From the NCBI GenBank assembly GCA_963575745.1, contig CAUYUJ010000330.1, forward strand, positions 62,001 to 115,280: a stretch of 53,280 nucleotides of DNA, given 5' to 3'. Below the pieces are notes generated by a model that searched no databases, had not been told where the DNA came from, and saw only the letters and a list, made by a program, of their open reading frames with translations. Shown piece after piece: positions 1-12,620 of this stretch (position 1 is its first letter; each line of letters begins with the position of its first letter). This stretch comes from Prorocentrum cordatum (Eukaryota). The position numbers and the translations under genes are program-made.

Positions 1-309
1 TTTCTTCCTCCTCCTCCCCCTCCTCCTCTTCCTCCTCATCCTCCTCCTCATCATCATCCACCTCCTCCAGCTCTCCATCGTCCTCATCCTTCTTGTTATT
101 ACCGTAGTCCTCCTCCTCCTCCTCACCCTTACCCTCACCCTCCTCCTCCTCCTTCTCCACCTCCTCCTCCTCCTCATCATCATCATCATCATCATCATAA
201 TCATCATCATCGTCATCATCGTCATCATCATCATCATCCTTCTCCTCCTCCTCCTTCTCCTCATCCTCCCCCCTCCTCCTCCTCTTCTTCCTCCTCCTAC
301 TCATTATCC

Positions 310-369
<60 letters not shown>

Positions 370-660
370 GCATCCTCCTCCTCCTGCTCTTCCTCCTTCT
401 CTCCCCCCCTCCTCCTCCTCTCCCCTCCTCCTCCTCCTCCTCCCCCTCCTCCCCTCCTCCTCCTCCTCCTCCTCCTCCTCCTCCTCCTCCTCCTCCTCCT
501 CCTCCTCCTCCTCCTCATCCTCCTCCTCCTCCTCCGCCTCCTCCTCTCCTCCCCTCCTCCTCCTCTTCCTCCTCATCCTCCCCCTCCTCCTCCTCCTCCT
601 CATCCTCATCATTCTCCTCCTCCGCCTCCTTCTCCTCCTCCTCCTTCTTCTTCTCTTCTG
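1..660. repeat. (CCT)n/(CAT)n compound microsatellite
   Basis: Nearly pure CCT/CAT/CTT triplets. Abuts the 3' end of the minus-strand non-LTR fragment and may include its tail. Confidence 0.95.
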
Positions 661-1924
661 CTACCCTTGACCATACGCGGGCTGGGGGACTCCAACTCTC
701 ACGGGGTGTACAACATCACACTCCTAGTCCTCCGTGGCCCCTGCTGAAAAGCCCGCACCATTCTCACACGCGCAATTCTCACAGTGTCGGCTCTCGCAAC
801 GCAGCACCACCACTTCTTGACCTCTCGCAAACCAATGTTCTTAAGAATCGCGTGCACTCTTCGAGTGCAATGGCCTCGGCTGTGAATGAAGATAAGTAGC
901 AAGACATGAATGTCCCGGCCAATGCGATCGACTTGAATATCCACTGCCCTTCAATAACCATGCCCGCCTCTATAATCCAAGCTGATGCCGAGCAAGAATG
1001 CGCCCGAGATCCACCGTCTGAGTGGGCAACCAGATGGCACGACTCAACGCTATGACCGGGAAAAGGCCAGTCGAATTCTTGAATCCAGGTGCGTCCAGTG
1101 TCCATGGTATAATTCGCGAGAAAATCTGCCACTACATTCAGCTCGCGTCTGTGCCAGACCACAGGATCTCTCCACGGGCGAGGCGGCGACCACCCAGCAT
1201 CTAGCACCGAATGTAAGTTATCGCAAATTCTACGGAACACAGGCTCAAGAGAATCATCGGCCAAAGGGCATAAACCCATCGACACCCGTTGCAACGGCTG
1301 ACAATCCACTACGAACACAAAAGAGCCACGAAATTGCCCCCAGTCGTAGTCGACCTCCGGGCCGTCGACGGCGTGGTCCCGCGGACGGACTTGTAAATCC
1401 ACGATCCGTGCCTTCTTGGCGACTCGCTCGCGGGGATCTTGCTGCGACTGCGCAGGAGGTGCCGGCAGACCCCATTTCTCGCAGACAGTCTCGACGAAAA
1501 TAGGCAGACGCTCCATCCAAGCCTGCTTGGACGGGCAACTGTCGCGCATCGCCCGCCTCTCGGTGCCGAAAGCGGCCACAAATACATCCTCGAAAGCTGC
1601 TGGATGTCCAGATGTCGCCTGCGTGAGCCCTAAGGTCCGTCGGATCTTCCACAGAGCTTGCCGCGCGCCGTCCCACCAAGAGACATCCCTGAACGATCGA
1701 AGTTGTTGCAAGTGCGCACTGAACTGTGAGTGGGGCAGGTGCCGCTCCCTCCACGCTCCCTTGTAAACTTCGGTCAAAATGCGATGATGTAGCAGATGAT
1801 GCTTGAATTTGCAGCTAAATTCCTGAATCAACAGGGCGCTTCGGCTATCGTACTCCAGATTCCCTTCCCCAGGTCGGCGACGCAACCGGAGGACTTTTCT
1901 GAGCCACTGTCGTTCCCACCGAAA
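661..1924 (-). mobile_element. 3' fragment of a non-LTR retrotransposon (post-RT region, RNase H, ~120-bp 3' UTR)
   Basis: Frame is open from 1924 (FRWERQWLRKVLRLRRRPGE...) to the stop at 779. It carries W-rich post-RT-like sequence and RNase H motifs, is truncated by a (GGA)n tract at the 5' side and is followed by a GAA/GAG tract. The RT core itself is absent, so the class is inferred. Confidence 0.6.
779..1924 (-). CDS. Partial ORF with an RNase H domain in permuted motif order
   Basis: Motifs in the 368-aa ORF: FVVDCQ (D194), WHRRELNVVADFLAN (D254), HSDGGSR..SASAW (D290), SSFTAEAIAL (E337). Confidence 0.75.
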   Translation of the reverse strand, partial: FRWERQWLRKVLRLRRRPGEGNLEYDSRSALLIQEFSCKFKHHLLHHRILTEVYKGAWRERHLPHSQFSAHLQQLRSFRDVSWWDGARQALWKIRRTLGLTQATSGHPAAFEDVFVAAFGTERRAMRDSCPSKQAWMERLPIFVETVCEKWGLPAPPAQSQQDPRERVAKKARIVDLQVRPRDHAVDGPEVDYDWGQFRGSFVFVVDCQPLQRVSMGLCPLADDSLEPVFRRICDNLHSVLDAGWSPPRPWRDPVVWHRRELNVVADFLANYTMDTGRTWIQEFDWPFPGHSVESCHLVAHSDGGSRAHSCSASAWIIEAGMVIEGQWIFKSIALAGTFMSCYLSSFTAEAIALEECTRFLRTLVCERSRSGGAALREPTL

Positions 1925-2125
1925 TGACTCCTCCTCCTCCTCCTCCTCCTCCTCCTCCTCCTCCTCCTTCTTCTCCTCCTCCTCCTCCTCCTCCTCCTCC
2001 TCCTCCTCCTCCTCCCTCCTTTTCTTCCTCCGCCCCCCTTTTCTTCCTCCGCCCCCTCCTCATCCCCCTCATCATCATCGTCAGCATCATCAGCATCATC
2101 ATCAGCATCACCACCATACTCATAT
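1925..2125. repeat. (CCT)n/(CAT)n microsatellite
   Basis: Direct inspection. Confidence 0.9.
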
Positions 2126-2290
2126 CCTTATTCCTTATTAGAATATACTCCTACTCCCCCCTCAGGCCGGCAGATAGCGGGCGCATCCGGGTGGTCCCAT
2201 CCTAACCTGTAAAAAAACAATACAAAATCAATATGTTTCTTATTTTTTCCTCTCGACATGGACGTCCTGTCGTCCACGGCGATAATCCAT

Positions 2291-2669
2291 TGCAAAAATA
2301 CAACAAAGAGCACACGCGCGCGTTCATGTCAGAATCCTACCGAACACCGTGTGTTTGCAAGCATTTCAACATAAAAACATCAAAAACCCAATGCTTTTTC
2401 ACAAAAATTGTACAAATTTCCCGCCCGGGCTCTCTTGCTGAAATCATAGGAAAACCATAGGAATCTTAAGAATTCTGTCAAATCCAGCGATTTCACGTCA
2501 TCGCGCGGTGCACTCGCGATGCTCTGTCATGCACCCAGGCCGCGAATCCTGTGCAAAAAATACACAAAGAGCACACTCGCGCGTTCATGTCAGAATCCTA
2601 CCGAACACCGTGTGTTTGCAAGCATTTCAACATAAAAACATCAAAAACCCAATGCTTTTTCACAAAAAT
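2291..2669 (+). repeat. ~118-bp near-identical direct repeat (2291-2408 and 2552-2669)
   Basis: Both copies read ...aaagagcacac.cgcgcgttcatgtcagaatcctaccgaacaccgtgtgtttgcaagcatttcaacataaaaacatcaaaaacccaatgctttttcacaaaaat. Confidence 0.9.
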
Positions 2670-2954
2670 GCTTTGGGGTGTCCTGTCAGACCGTCGGGCT
2701 TCCTCCGGCCACCTCTGGCTTCCTGCGGTGTACCGGGCCATTCTCGACTCGTCTGGCAATGCGTGCGCGGCATTCAACACGCGCTCGCCAGTTCCCGTCG
2801 GCAACCGCCATCGCGGCCGCATCAGCTGTACCAAACCGGCTGGCCGGTGTGACTTCGGCCCCCAGTTGTGCCAGCTTTGCTTCTTATGTTGTGGGAGGGC
2901 GGGTGGGACTGGGCATGCCATGCTTGACTCGCTCGAGCTGGCTAGCTTGACTCA

Positions 2955-3232
2955 TACTCATCATCATCATCATCACCATCATCATCATTATCATCATCAC
3001 CATCATCATCGTCATTTTCATTATCGTTATCATCCTCATCCTCATCCTCACTCCTCCCTCCTCCCTCCTCCCTCCTCCCTCCTGCCTCCTCCTCCTCCTC
3101 CTCCTCCTTCCTCCTTCCTCCTTCCTCCTTCCTCCTTCCTCCTTTTTCCTTCCTCCTTCCTCCTTCCTCCTCCTTCCTCCTCCCTCCTCCCTCCTCCTCC
3201 TGCTCCTCCGCCTCCCCCGCCTCAACCCCCCC
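2955..3232. repeat. (CAT)n/(CCT)n low-complexity tract
   Basis: Direct inspection. Confidence 0.9.
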
Positions 3233-4517
3233 CTTTCGTCCGACACGATTGCCGCGGGGGAAGTGCGGGAGGTGGACAGACATCCGACGTCTTGCGCTTT
3301 TCGGCGCGGGGCACGCCGAAAGTCCCGGCCCGGTCCCCAGGGGCCGGGCCGCTCCTTAACGACCAGGGGGCCCAGCGATGGCCCTTTTCAAGGTTGCGGC
3401 ACACGTGCCAGGGTGTGACGCATCGGCCCCCAATCGCCGCCCATGCATCGCCGATGGGGGGCTGATGGCCAGCCCAGCCTAGGAACTTGCGGACGCTCTG
3501 TCGGGGACCTGCCGCCGATCTGTCGGCGATGCATCGCCGACTCCAGCTCGGCGGTTCCCCCCCGAGCTGGTCCCCCTGTGCTTGTCGGGTGATGATTCGG
3601 GCCTCCCTCGGCCGCTCGGGGACGACCCGGGCACTCGGGGGACGCTCTCGGCGAGGCGCAGCGGCTGGAAGGCATCCCCAGGTTGGGAGGCCGCCGAGCA
3701 CCAACGGAGACGCAAGAAAACCTCGCGCCTCGAACTTGTCGTCCCCCCCCCCCTCGCAAGAAAACCTCGCGTGGAGCTCTTGCAGGGCGTTGGAGCTCTG
3801 GGGAGGTCGGGGCAGGGGCCTGGCGGAGCTCTCCGGCCCTGGCCGCGCGCAGAGGCGCACCTTTCTCGTGGCGCCCCCCACTGGCGGGGATCGCCCCATT
3901 TTCCAGCGCCCGCCCGTGCCGGCGCCCGCGCTGCCTGCCCACGGAGACCTCCACCGCCAGCGAAGCGCCGAGATCCAGCGCATTGAAGAAATCAAAACTG
4001 AGGTTTCTAGCCGCTTTCGGCCTCTGGAGGCACTCGCTGGACCCCGGGACCGTCAGGAAAAGATTCACAGGATGACAAACCAGTCCTGGGGAATGGGTCG
4101 AGGATTCAGGGGACCCCGCACTGAAGAATCACGACACCGGGAAAACTGGGAGGGGGGAGCTCCGCAGGACAGACCTTCTGCGGTGCCGTGGCGGATCAGG
4201 TTACAGTTTCTCTGCACAGGCCAAGATTTTGCGTGTTGGCTCGCCCATCGCAGGTTGGGCTTCCGCGTAATTCCCTGTTTGCCTCGTGCACGTGGTTGGG
4301 CACCACTGGCGCGTTCGCTGAGAGGAAAAAAGGGAAGGGGAGAGCGCTGAGACCCAGGCGCTGCAAGTGTTGTTACGCCGGGTGTGTTCGCCCATTTTCA
4401 GGCCCTGGGGCCATCACAGGTCGATCCGGCTCGAATGATGCCGCAGGAAGCTGGGGTTTGGGGCTCCTCGTGGTTTTCGACAGTGTGAAATCTCGCCCCT
4501 CGAGGGGTCTGGGCGGC

Positions 4518-5330
4518 GAAGAGGAGGAGGAGGAGGAGAAGGAGGAGAAGAAGAAGAAAAAGCAGGAGGGGGAGGAGGAGGAAGGGCGCTATCAGCGCCC
4601 CCGCAGCCAGCGCAAGAAAAGGAGGAGGAGGAGGAGGGGGAGGAGGAGGAAGAGGAGGAGGAGTAGGAGGAGGAGGAGGAGGAGGAGAAGGAGGAGTAGG
4701 AGGAGGAGGAGGAGAAGGAGGAGGAGGATGAGGAGGAGGAAGAGGAGGAGAGGAGGAGGAGAAGAAAGAGGAGGATGAGAAGGAGGAGGAGGAGGACGAG
4801 GAGGACGAGGAGAGGAGGAGAGGAGAGGAGGGAGGAGGAGGGGAGGAGGAGGGGGAGGCGGAGGAGGAGGAGGCGGAACAGCAGCAGCAGCAGCAGCAGC
4901 AGCAGGTGAGTACCGTCGAGATTGGGGCAGGCGGGTGTTGTGTCATCGACGCGTTTTCTGCCATGCCCCTTTTCGCCGCTCGGACCCTTCGAGGGGCGAG
5001 AGGCGGAAGGTGAGGCCGAGGGGGGGGTACAGGGGGAGGAGGAGGAGAGGTCCTCTCTCCTCCTCCTCCTCCTCCTCCTCCTCCTCCTCCTCCTCCTCCT
5101 CCTCCTCCTCCTCCTCCTCATCCTCCTCCTCCTCCTCCTCCCCCCCCTCCTCCTCCTCTTCCTCCTCTTCCTCCTCCTCCTCCTCCTCAAGAGGACGGAG
5201 GAGTCACGACCGAGAACGATGAGGGAAGAGGAAGCATCAGCATGAGCTCGAGGAGGAGTGAGGAAGCATGAAAAGAGAGAGGGAAAGGCGGCGCTATCAG
5301 GATGGAGGATGAGGAGCAAGAGGAGGAGAA
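4518..5330. repeat. (GGA)n, (CAG)n and (CCT)n low-complexity tracts
   Basis: Direct inspection. Confidence 0.85.
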
Positions 5331-6828
5331 GGACCAGTACAAACCCAAGAGCCATCAATGATGTTGCAGTAAGTCATCCCTCCCAAGTTCCCTCTTCTTA
5401 GGTCGTAGGTCCGTACAAAGATTCAGTTTCAATGGGGGGAAGTGCCCCGCTGGAATACCCCCGTGTGAAGATCCTGCTCCGTGCCAAATCTTTGGATCTC
5501 ACAGCCGCGAATCGACGACACTGATGCGTCCCGACGATCCTGAGTCGTGCCAGAACACCGTTCCTGGGCGCCCAACACCACGAATCAGCACAACTATTGC
5601 TTATACATCGTGCCAAACCACCACTTCTAGGACGTCAACCATAACTATCATTGACATAAGCTCTTAGGACGAATGCGCGCGGCGCTTCAACGGATGCCGC
5701 CCTCGTCGTTTCTGGGCGTAGCCTCCTTGGGAGGGTGCAGTTGTTGCATGTCAGCTCCTGGGTAAATCCCGACACGGTAAGACAAGGGGGTCGGGCGGGA
5801 GAACCTTAACGGGCGTGTCGGGCGAGCGGGGCCTTCAAGCGGGCGGCGTAGGTCTTTTCGAGAAAACGACCCAGCGGACCCTAACGCGCGGGTGGGGTGG
5901 CGGACCTTGAAGGGCGGGATCGGCAGGTCTGGCGAGCGGACCTTAACTGGCAAGTCAGACGGGCGAGACCTCAAAGAAGGCGGACAGATGCTGAGGTTCC
6001 AATGATTGTTAGAACGTCTCTGACGAGGGCGCGATTCCTGAGCACTTTCTGAGCCGATCGAGGAGCAGGGGAACAAGTGCTTGGGTGCTCTTGGCACTTC
6101 TTCGAGCGTCTGGAGGCCTCCACTTCTGCCTTGCTGCGATTTAGGAGTAGCACTTTTGGACGCCTCCGCAGACCCCTGGGGACCAGGGGTTTGCGGACCT
6201 CCACAGAACCCACAGGCCCCTGGGGACCTACTCGGTGACTTGCGGGGGCCTTTTTGGGGACATTTGGACACCTCCGCTTGGAAGGAGCGTTCGCTCGCGC
6301 CCGAAGGGTCCCAGCGCGGGTGGATGTGGCGCGCCAGGGTCTGGGCAAACCTGGGGTAGGAATTGTGGTCGCGCGGCCTGCTTACAGCCAACAGGAGTGC
6401 GGGCTACTTCGGGAGTGCCCCTAGTCAGTCAGTAAGCCAGGCGCCAGGCAGCGGCGCATCGGCAAGGAATCGACAGGAGCACGATTGGCTCACAGATTCC
6501 ATGAAACAGATTAGCAGGAAATGCAACAGCACTGCAGACCTACACTCTATTAGGGCCGGCCCAGCGCACGCACATAAATTCGCACGATGACCTGCATGCC
6601 CCTAGGCGCGGGCACATCGCTCGAGAGCGCTTTCGTGCCCTCCCGGAGCGCCCTGGCGCGGTCGCGGCGCCCGACGTACACATCCCCCGAACACGCCAGA
6701 TGCCAATGGATTCCCGATATGTCCCAGCCCGCTCTTGCCGCGCCAGGAGACTCCAGGGTCCTGGCGGCCTCCTGCGGGTAGCAGGTAGGAGTGCTAGCTG
6801 CCCTAGCGCCAGTCGGGGGAGGAGTCGG

Positions 6829-6995
6829 ACGGGGCTAGGACGAGGATACATCCGAACCAGAGCGTCCCGGAACGCTCTCAGAGCGTCCTGGAACTCTCTG
6901 AGAAGGCCGCAGCGCCCGAGATATCCTCTAAAGCCGCTGGATCCCAGAGATTATCGATTTATCTTCACCCGATTTTATATTCGTCCTGGCTTCGT
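6829..6995. mobile_element. MITE-like 167-bp element, copy 1
   Basis: Homologous end to end with 51708-51874. Imperfect terminal inverted repeats acggggctaggacga... / ...tcgtcctggcttcgt. Confidence 0.65.
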
Positions 6996-9399
6996 CTTCA
7001 AGAGAACATCATCCCTCTTCCCTCCCCTCCCTCATCCTCACCCTTCTATGTTCCCGCACCCACCCTCCCCGCGGTCCTGCCATTCCGCCGCAGTTCTCGG
7101 TCAGGGGCGGGCGGATGCAGAAACCAAGACCACGGTTGTTGAGATTTGCCCCCCCGTTCAACAGGAGATTCCGATGTACATCTTTGTGGACGCGGGCACG
7201 CTGCGCCGGATGTGCGACGACCAGGATCGGTATGGCCAGCATGTCCTGGCCCCGTGCAGTGGGATAGTCGGCCCACCGATCACCGAACGTTTTCCACTAC
7301 TCGCTAACTCGCAAACGCCCGAAAAAACACACCACATGTTTGCTTGGATGTAATGTATCGTAGGTCCCCTGCGGCGGATCCTGGCCACTTGCGAGCAGTT
7401 ACTTTGCGAGTAGTGGAACGCGCTCGTCTTACCGAGGTGAGGAGGAGGAGGAAATTAAGAGGAGACGGGGACGAAGCACCTTGCCCGTCGGAAGGGCCCA
7501 CGCGAGCATTGCATACGGGCGCACGCGGCTGTGACCCACGGATCGTCTGCAGCGCTCGCTGTTTCATGGCATGAGTTGGTTTTCGCCGTGAGCGGCTATT
7601 CAAATGCACGTGCGTTGTGACGTAACGGCAATAGCAAACCGGATTCGGAACGCGAACGTCCATCGTACCGCAGAGTTGTGTTCGCTTATTTGGGATTTCT
7701 CGTCCTGCAAGAAACACCCGTTGACAACAAATCGGAGGTTGGCCGACTCTTGTTTGCGATTGATTGGCAGCGGCGCTTTTTCTGTCTTGTAAGCTACTTC
7801 CGTGCTGGTTGCTGATATGCGATGTACATTGTGTCGTGATTCGTTTCATCGAGTACTTTGGGCGTTTGTGCACGTATGAGTTGTTTTCATGGTCGATGAT
7901 TACCTCCGCTTGTGTACTCCGGCATGGTGATGTTGGTGGTCTCCCTTGCGTGCATGGTTTCAGTACCTGGCGCATATCATTCACGGAGTAAGCCCAATGG
8001 ACCGAGCAGTTTTTCTGCCTTCCGCATGTTTGCCCGCACGACGCGCATTGGCAAATGCTTTGTATTTCATTGCGCGCGGCTGAAGTTCATGGCGATTATT
8101 TCTGGTTTGTAGCGCTGGTTTGTTTAAGACATTCGCGCCAACGACTATGTGCTCGCTGCTGTTCATACGCGTGCAGTCTGACAACATTCGCGGAGCAAGA
8201 CCGAAACAGCACCACTAGCCGCACGATAAGCTCGGGCGCACCATGTCTTTCATCCGAGCGGCTGAGTCCCATTATATTCATGCTGTTTCCAAATCCATCG
8301 AGAGGTACCCGCACGTGTGCCCCATGGCCTCGGATCCTTGAGATCCGATTCTGAAAGCGCGGGTCGCGGCCCACTTTTTGTCGGCGCCCGTGCGGTGGAG
8401 GTATGCCGGGCCCAAAGGTTCGACGAGCTCACGCGCTTGCAGCAGGAGAAGGCCTGCACGACAGAGCAGGGCTCGAGCTAAACGGTGTTTTGGCGATTTC
8501 GTGGACAATGTTCGTTTTTATTCCGTCTCGCAGCAAGGGCAGAAAGAAGACAGAACGAAGGAAAACGAAATACGAAAACGAAAAACACAATTTAGCTCGA
8601 GCTTTGTGACAGAGATGCCACGGCAGCGCAGGCGCGCGGCCAGCTTCCAACTGTTTTCCCAGCTTTCTCTTTGCGAGGGCAAGCTCGCGCAGGCCAGTCG
8701 CAATGCGCACGGCGCCTGCCACGCGCAGCCAAGCCAGATGGTTCCAGACTCTCGTGCTTGCTGGGGGTCCCCGGCTGCGTGCGCGCGGGCGAATTCGTTT
8801 GTCCGGAGCGGCGCGCCAGAAACAGCAAGACCATTATGTTCAGCCATGCTGGTCGCCGTCCACACTTTTGGTCCTGAAACTGCCAGGCCTTGCGCAGCAT
8901 CTCCGCCGGCCTGCGTCGACGCTTGGGGTTCCCCAACATGCGATCGGACCCCAGCGTACCTCTGCAACGCATTGGCCATTTCTCTGCGAACAAGCGCCGC
9001 ACGCACCTGGGTGTCTGCTGGTGGGAATGTAAAGATCGTCCAAACAGCTGAAGATCCAAAAGTAAACCGCTGTTTGAGGAAACTGGGGCATCATGTTGCG
9101 TTAGGGCGTGGAACGCAGGCATAAGTGCCCATTCCTGCTTGCCTTCCACCTTCGCCATGCTCGATGGCATCGGTCCCGCCGTCCTTCGCCACCGACAGGA
9201 ATTATGATGGGGACCCATACAACATTCATGCGAAACGCAAGAGCGGATATTATTCATTCAGCATTCGGCTTGAGTTTCCGCAATAGCGCAGCCCGTTTCA
9301 TATGGTCGAAGGTTCCCATTCCATCGCTTGCCAAAACAACGGCTGGGTCATCCGTCACTCAAGTCAAAAAGATATTGCGTTTCACGTGTTTGTATAAAT

Positions 9400-9590
9400 G
9401 TACACTATTTCATACACACACATACGTACATACACACATACATACACGCATACATATACATACGTGTACATACACACATACATACATACGTGCATGCTTG
9501 CATATCTATATATGTGTTCCTATATATATATGTGCATACAAACATATATATATATATATATAGAAACATATATATACACATACATACAAG
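9400..9590. repeat. (TA)/(TACA) microsatellite
   Basis: Direct inspection. Confidence 0.9.
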
Positions 9591-10500
9591 ACTGGAGCGG
9601 CGCTTCGCGCCATGCACCTTGGTCCTTGAAGTTTGGTATGCAGGCAGGACAGTCAAGCCGACAATTTAGCGATAATTCTTCGCTGCCTTTTCTGGCATCG
9701 CCGTTATAATAATGTTATTCGTTGTCCTTTCTCCATGCTTATTTTTCTTCATGTTCGCCATACCCTGCGCATTCTCCCCATCCTCCTCAGCTCTTTTTTG
9801 CGGAGGCTCCTCCTTGGAGAGCTTCCTGGGGCCTCACAAAAGTTGTTTCAGGGTTTTTTTAAGGCCTTCTGGAGGCCTCCTGGGCGTATTCTGGGGGCCT
9901 CTGGGGGCTTGCTCGGGCAACCCTGCCTCCAACCGCGGTCTCCTGAACGACCGGGTCACGATTGGGAATGTTTCCGAGGGTGTCTTGGGGCCATCTTGGG
10001 CCGCCAGTGAGGGTCATCTTGGACCCGTCTTGTGCTGTTCTAGGCCTCTCTTGAATTGCTTGGAAGCCTTTTCGGATGGTTGTGGGGCGATTTGGGAGCC
10101 TCCCAGGCGGCTTCGGAAGCCCAGAAGACCGCCGTCCTGGAGCGTCGGGAAGCCGAAAATAGGAAAACCCCAAAATTCACCAAGAACCAACGGAAAATCA
10201 ATGATTGGGCCTTCTTGGGAGTGCTCTTGAAGGCCTTGTTGGGGCCGTCCTGGAGGCCTCTTGGGCCATCTTGAGGTCACGTCGGGCACTCTTGGAGCGC
10301 TCTTGTGCTGTCCTGGAGGTCTTTGGGACGTCTCCGATGACCCCCGTGATTGTCTCAGGTGTGCTGGGAAGGCTTGGCAAAACGCCATGCGAGACCCGGG
10401 GAGTCCCTTCGAGGCCCGTCTGGAGGGTCCCAAAGCCACAGATCCCGAAAGTCCGGTTTCTTTTTTAGGGGGGGGAGGGGTCCCCACGTCCTGGCTTATA
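9590..10500. mobile_element. Interspersed GGGGCCTCTT-rich non-autonomous repeat inserted in a TA-rich tract
   Basis: Degenerate ggggcc(t/a)(c/t)ctt units plus an A-rich core (gaaaatagg...aaaatcaatgatt) resembling those at ~18290, ~43430, ~47240 and ~48590. GGCGC-TTC-GCGCC hairpin at 9599-9611. Confidence 0.55.
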
Positions 10501-10659
10501 CAAATATAGGAAGAGGATATATATGTGTGTATATATATACACACACACATCAGAGTGAGTGGGCCGAGCGGTCATCCATTGTTCTTGAGTGCGTGGCTGA
10601 AGTGCGTGAAAAAGTAGGGGTCCGTGGTGGGGATTATGCTTGTTGTTGTTGTCGTCGTC

Positions 10660-11040
10660 CCCCCCGCGACCCGCCTGCGAGCCACCCGCGATCCACCCCG
10701 CCACCCACCCCGCCACCCACCCCGCCACCCACCCTGCGCCCCACCCGCGACCCACCCCGCAACCCACCCCGCGACCCACCCCGCGACCCACCCCGTGACC
10801 CGCCTTGGGACCCACCCGCGACCTATCCCGCGACCCACCACACGACCCACTCGCGACCCACACCGCGACCCACCCCGCGATCCACCCCGCGACCCACCCA
10901 GCGACCCACCCCGCGACCCACCCCGCGACACACCCCGCGACCCACCCCGCGACCCACCCCGCGACCCACCCGCGACCCACTTGCGACCCGTACGCGACCC
11001 ACCCATCCGCGATCCGACCCGCGACACCCACGCGACCCAC
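10660..11040. repeat. 12-bp minisatellite (CGCGACCCACCC)n
   Basis: Direct inspection. Confidence 0.9.
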
Positions 11041-11454
11041 TTTCCGATCCATCCACATGGCTATGACGAGAAATCGGCGCTTGCGGCGGGCTCACTGCAT
11101 AATTCGTGAAATTCCGGCGCCTTCGGCGTGCGTCTTCAGACCCTCGCAGACTGACGACGTCCTCGCCGCCCCCTCTGATCCGCAATTTCGGAGTGCTGCG
11201 TACTTTGTGGCGCAGAGGTGATGGCATGGTAGAAACGAGAAACGCGGCCAAAGAAAACCAGGAACATACGCTTGACGTGGGTAGTTCGAAGCGCAACAGC
11301 AGCCAGCCGCTGAGTTGGGCCAAGAATCACGGACTGATGGGTGACCCCATAAGTGGCGATGGCGAACCCGAGGAGCTGAGCACCACAATCCGACGTTAAG
11401 ACCACACACATTAATGGTGGCGAAACGCCAACCCGAAAGAACCCAAATTGGCAT

Positions 11455-11615
11455 GTTGTATATATACACATATATACACATATATATACAAATATATACA
11501 TACATACATATGCATATACATATAAATATAAATACATAAACATATACATATACATATACATGTACATAGACATATACCTATACCTATACATATACATATA
11601 CATATACATACATAC
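11455..11615. repeat. (TA)/(TACA) microsatellite
   Basis: Direct inspection. Confidence 0.9.
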
Positions 11616-11699
11616 GATTGTACGAGTTAAACTATTGTGATTGATTGAACATAAGCAAATTGAATAAAGTCCATTCTTCGAATTATTGAATTTAATGTA

Positions 11700-12620
11700 T
11701 TTAATCATATTAACCTGGCCCTCATGATTAATTAAATACATTAAATCAGTTCTGCTTATTTAATTTATTTCATCTATTTAATGCATTTAATGTATTCCAT
11801 TTATGTATCCGGCCTCCCTGCCGGAGATGCCGGCGAGCCTCGGCCGCAACCGAATTAATTTACTTGATTTAGTTAATGCTTGTAGCATAGATTAAAGCAT
11901 TAGATAAATTGAATAAATTTGGTTGCCCTGCGGATCGCCTGGATCTCCGCCAGGGAGGCCTGAGAAATAAGACAATAAAATCAATAAAGTAAATAAATGA
12001 AATAATTTGAATCCGTAGAAGTAGTTAGATCTTTTTAGTCATTTGAATATGGCCATCATGATTAATCAAGTAAGTTGTTGTTTAAACTCACTTAATTACT
12101 TAGTATATCTATCATGTAGCGAATGTATCTAGTTTATTCAATATATATTATTTATAATCCGGCCTCTTTGCCACAGATGTTTGCGAGCTTCGGCCGCAGC
12201 CGAATTAATTTAATTTATTTAATTAATGTTTGTAGAATAAATGAAATCGATAAATAACTCAAATAACTTCGGCGGCCCTGCGAATCGCCTGGATCTCCGC
12301 CAGGGAACCCCGAAAATGAAACTAAACAGATATAATATGTAATAATACAAGTACATTACACGAATTGAAGAAATAGAATTAGTTTAATTTATTTAATTGT
12401 TTGAATATGGTTCTCATGATTCAGAAAGTCAATTAAATATATTCTGTGTATTTAATTACCTAATTCATTTAATTTACTGAAAGTATTTGAGTTACTATTT
12501 CGGCCTCCCTGCCAGGGATGCCGGAGAGCCTCCGCCGCAGCCGAATTAATTTTAATGAATTTAATTAATGTTTGTCGAATAAATTAAACGATTAAAGAAA
12601 TTAAACAGATTCGGCGGTTT
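11700..12620. repeat. ~345-bp AT-rich tandem repeat, each unit carrying a GC-rich inverted repeat
   Basis: Forward arms start at 11811, 12161 and 12502 (ggcctccctgccggagatg...gcaaccgaattaattt). Reverse-complement arms end at 11960 and ~12310. Confidence 0.85.

Noticed and set aside
297..612. Poly-Arg/Glu/Asp ORFs here, and similar ones at 4.2-5.4, 16.0-16.7, 47.4-47.9 and 49.9-50.5 kb
   Set aside because: Triplet microsatellites lack stop codons in several frames.
7550..9390. Possible decayed gene in complex sequence
   Set aside because: Only short ORFs and no recognisable motif on either strand; I cannot support a call.
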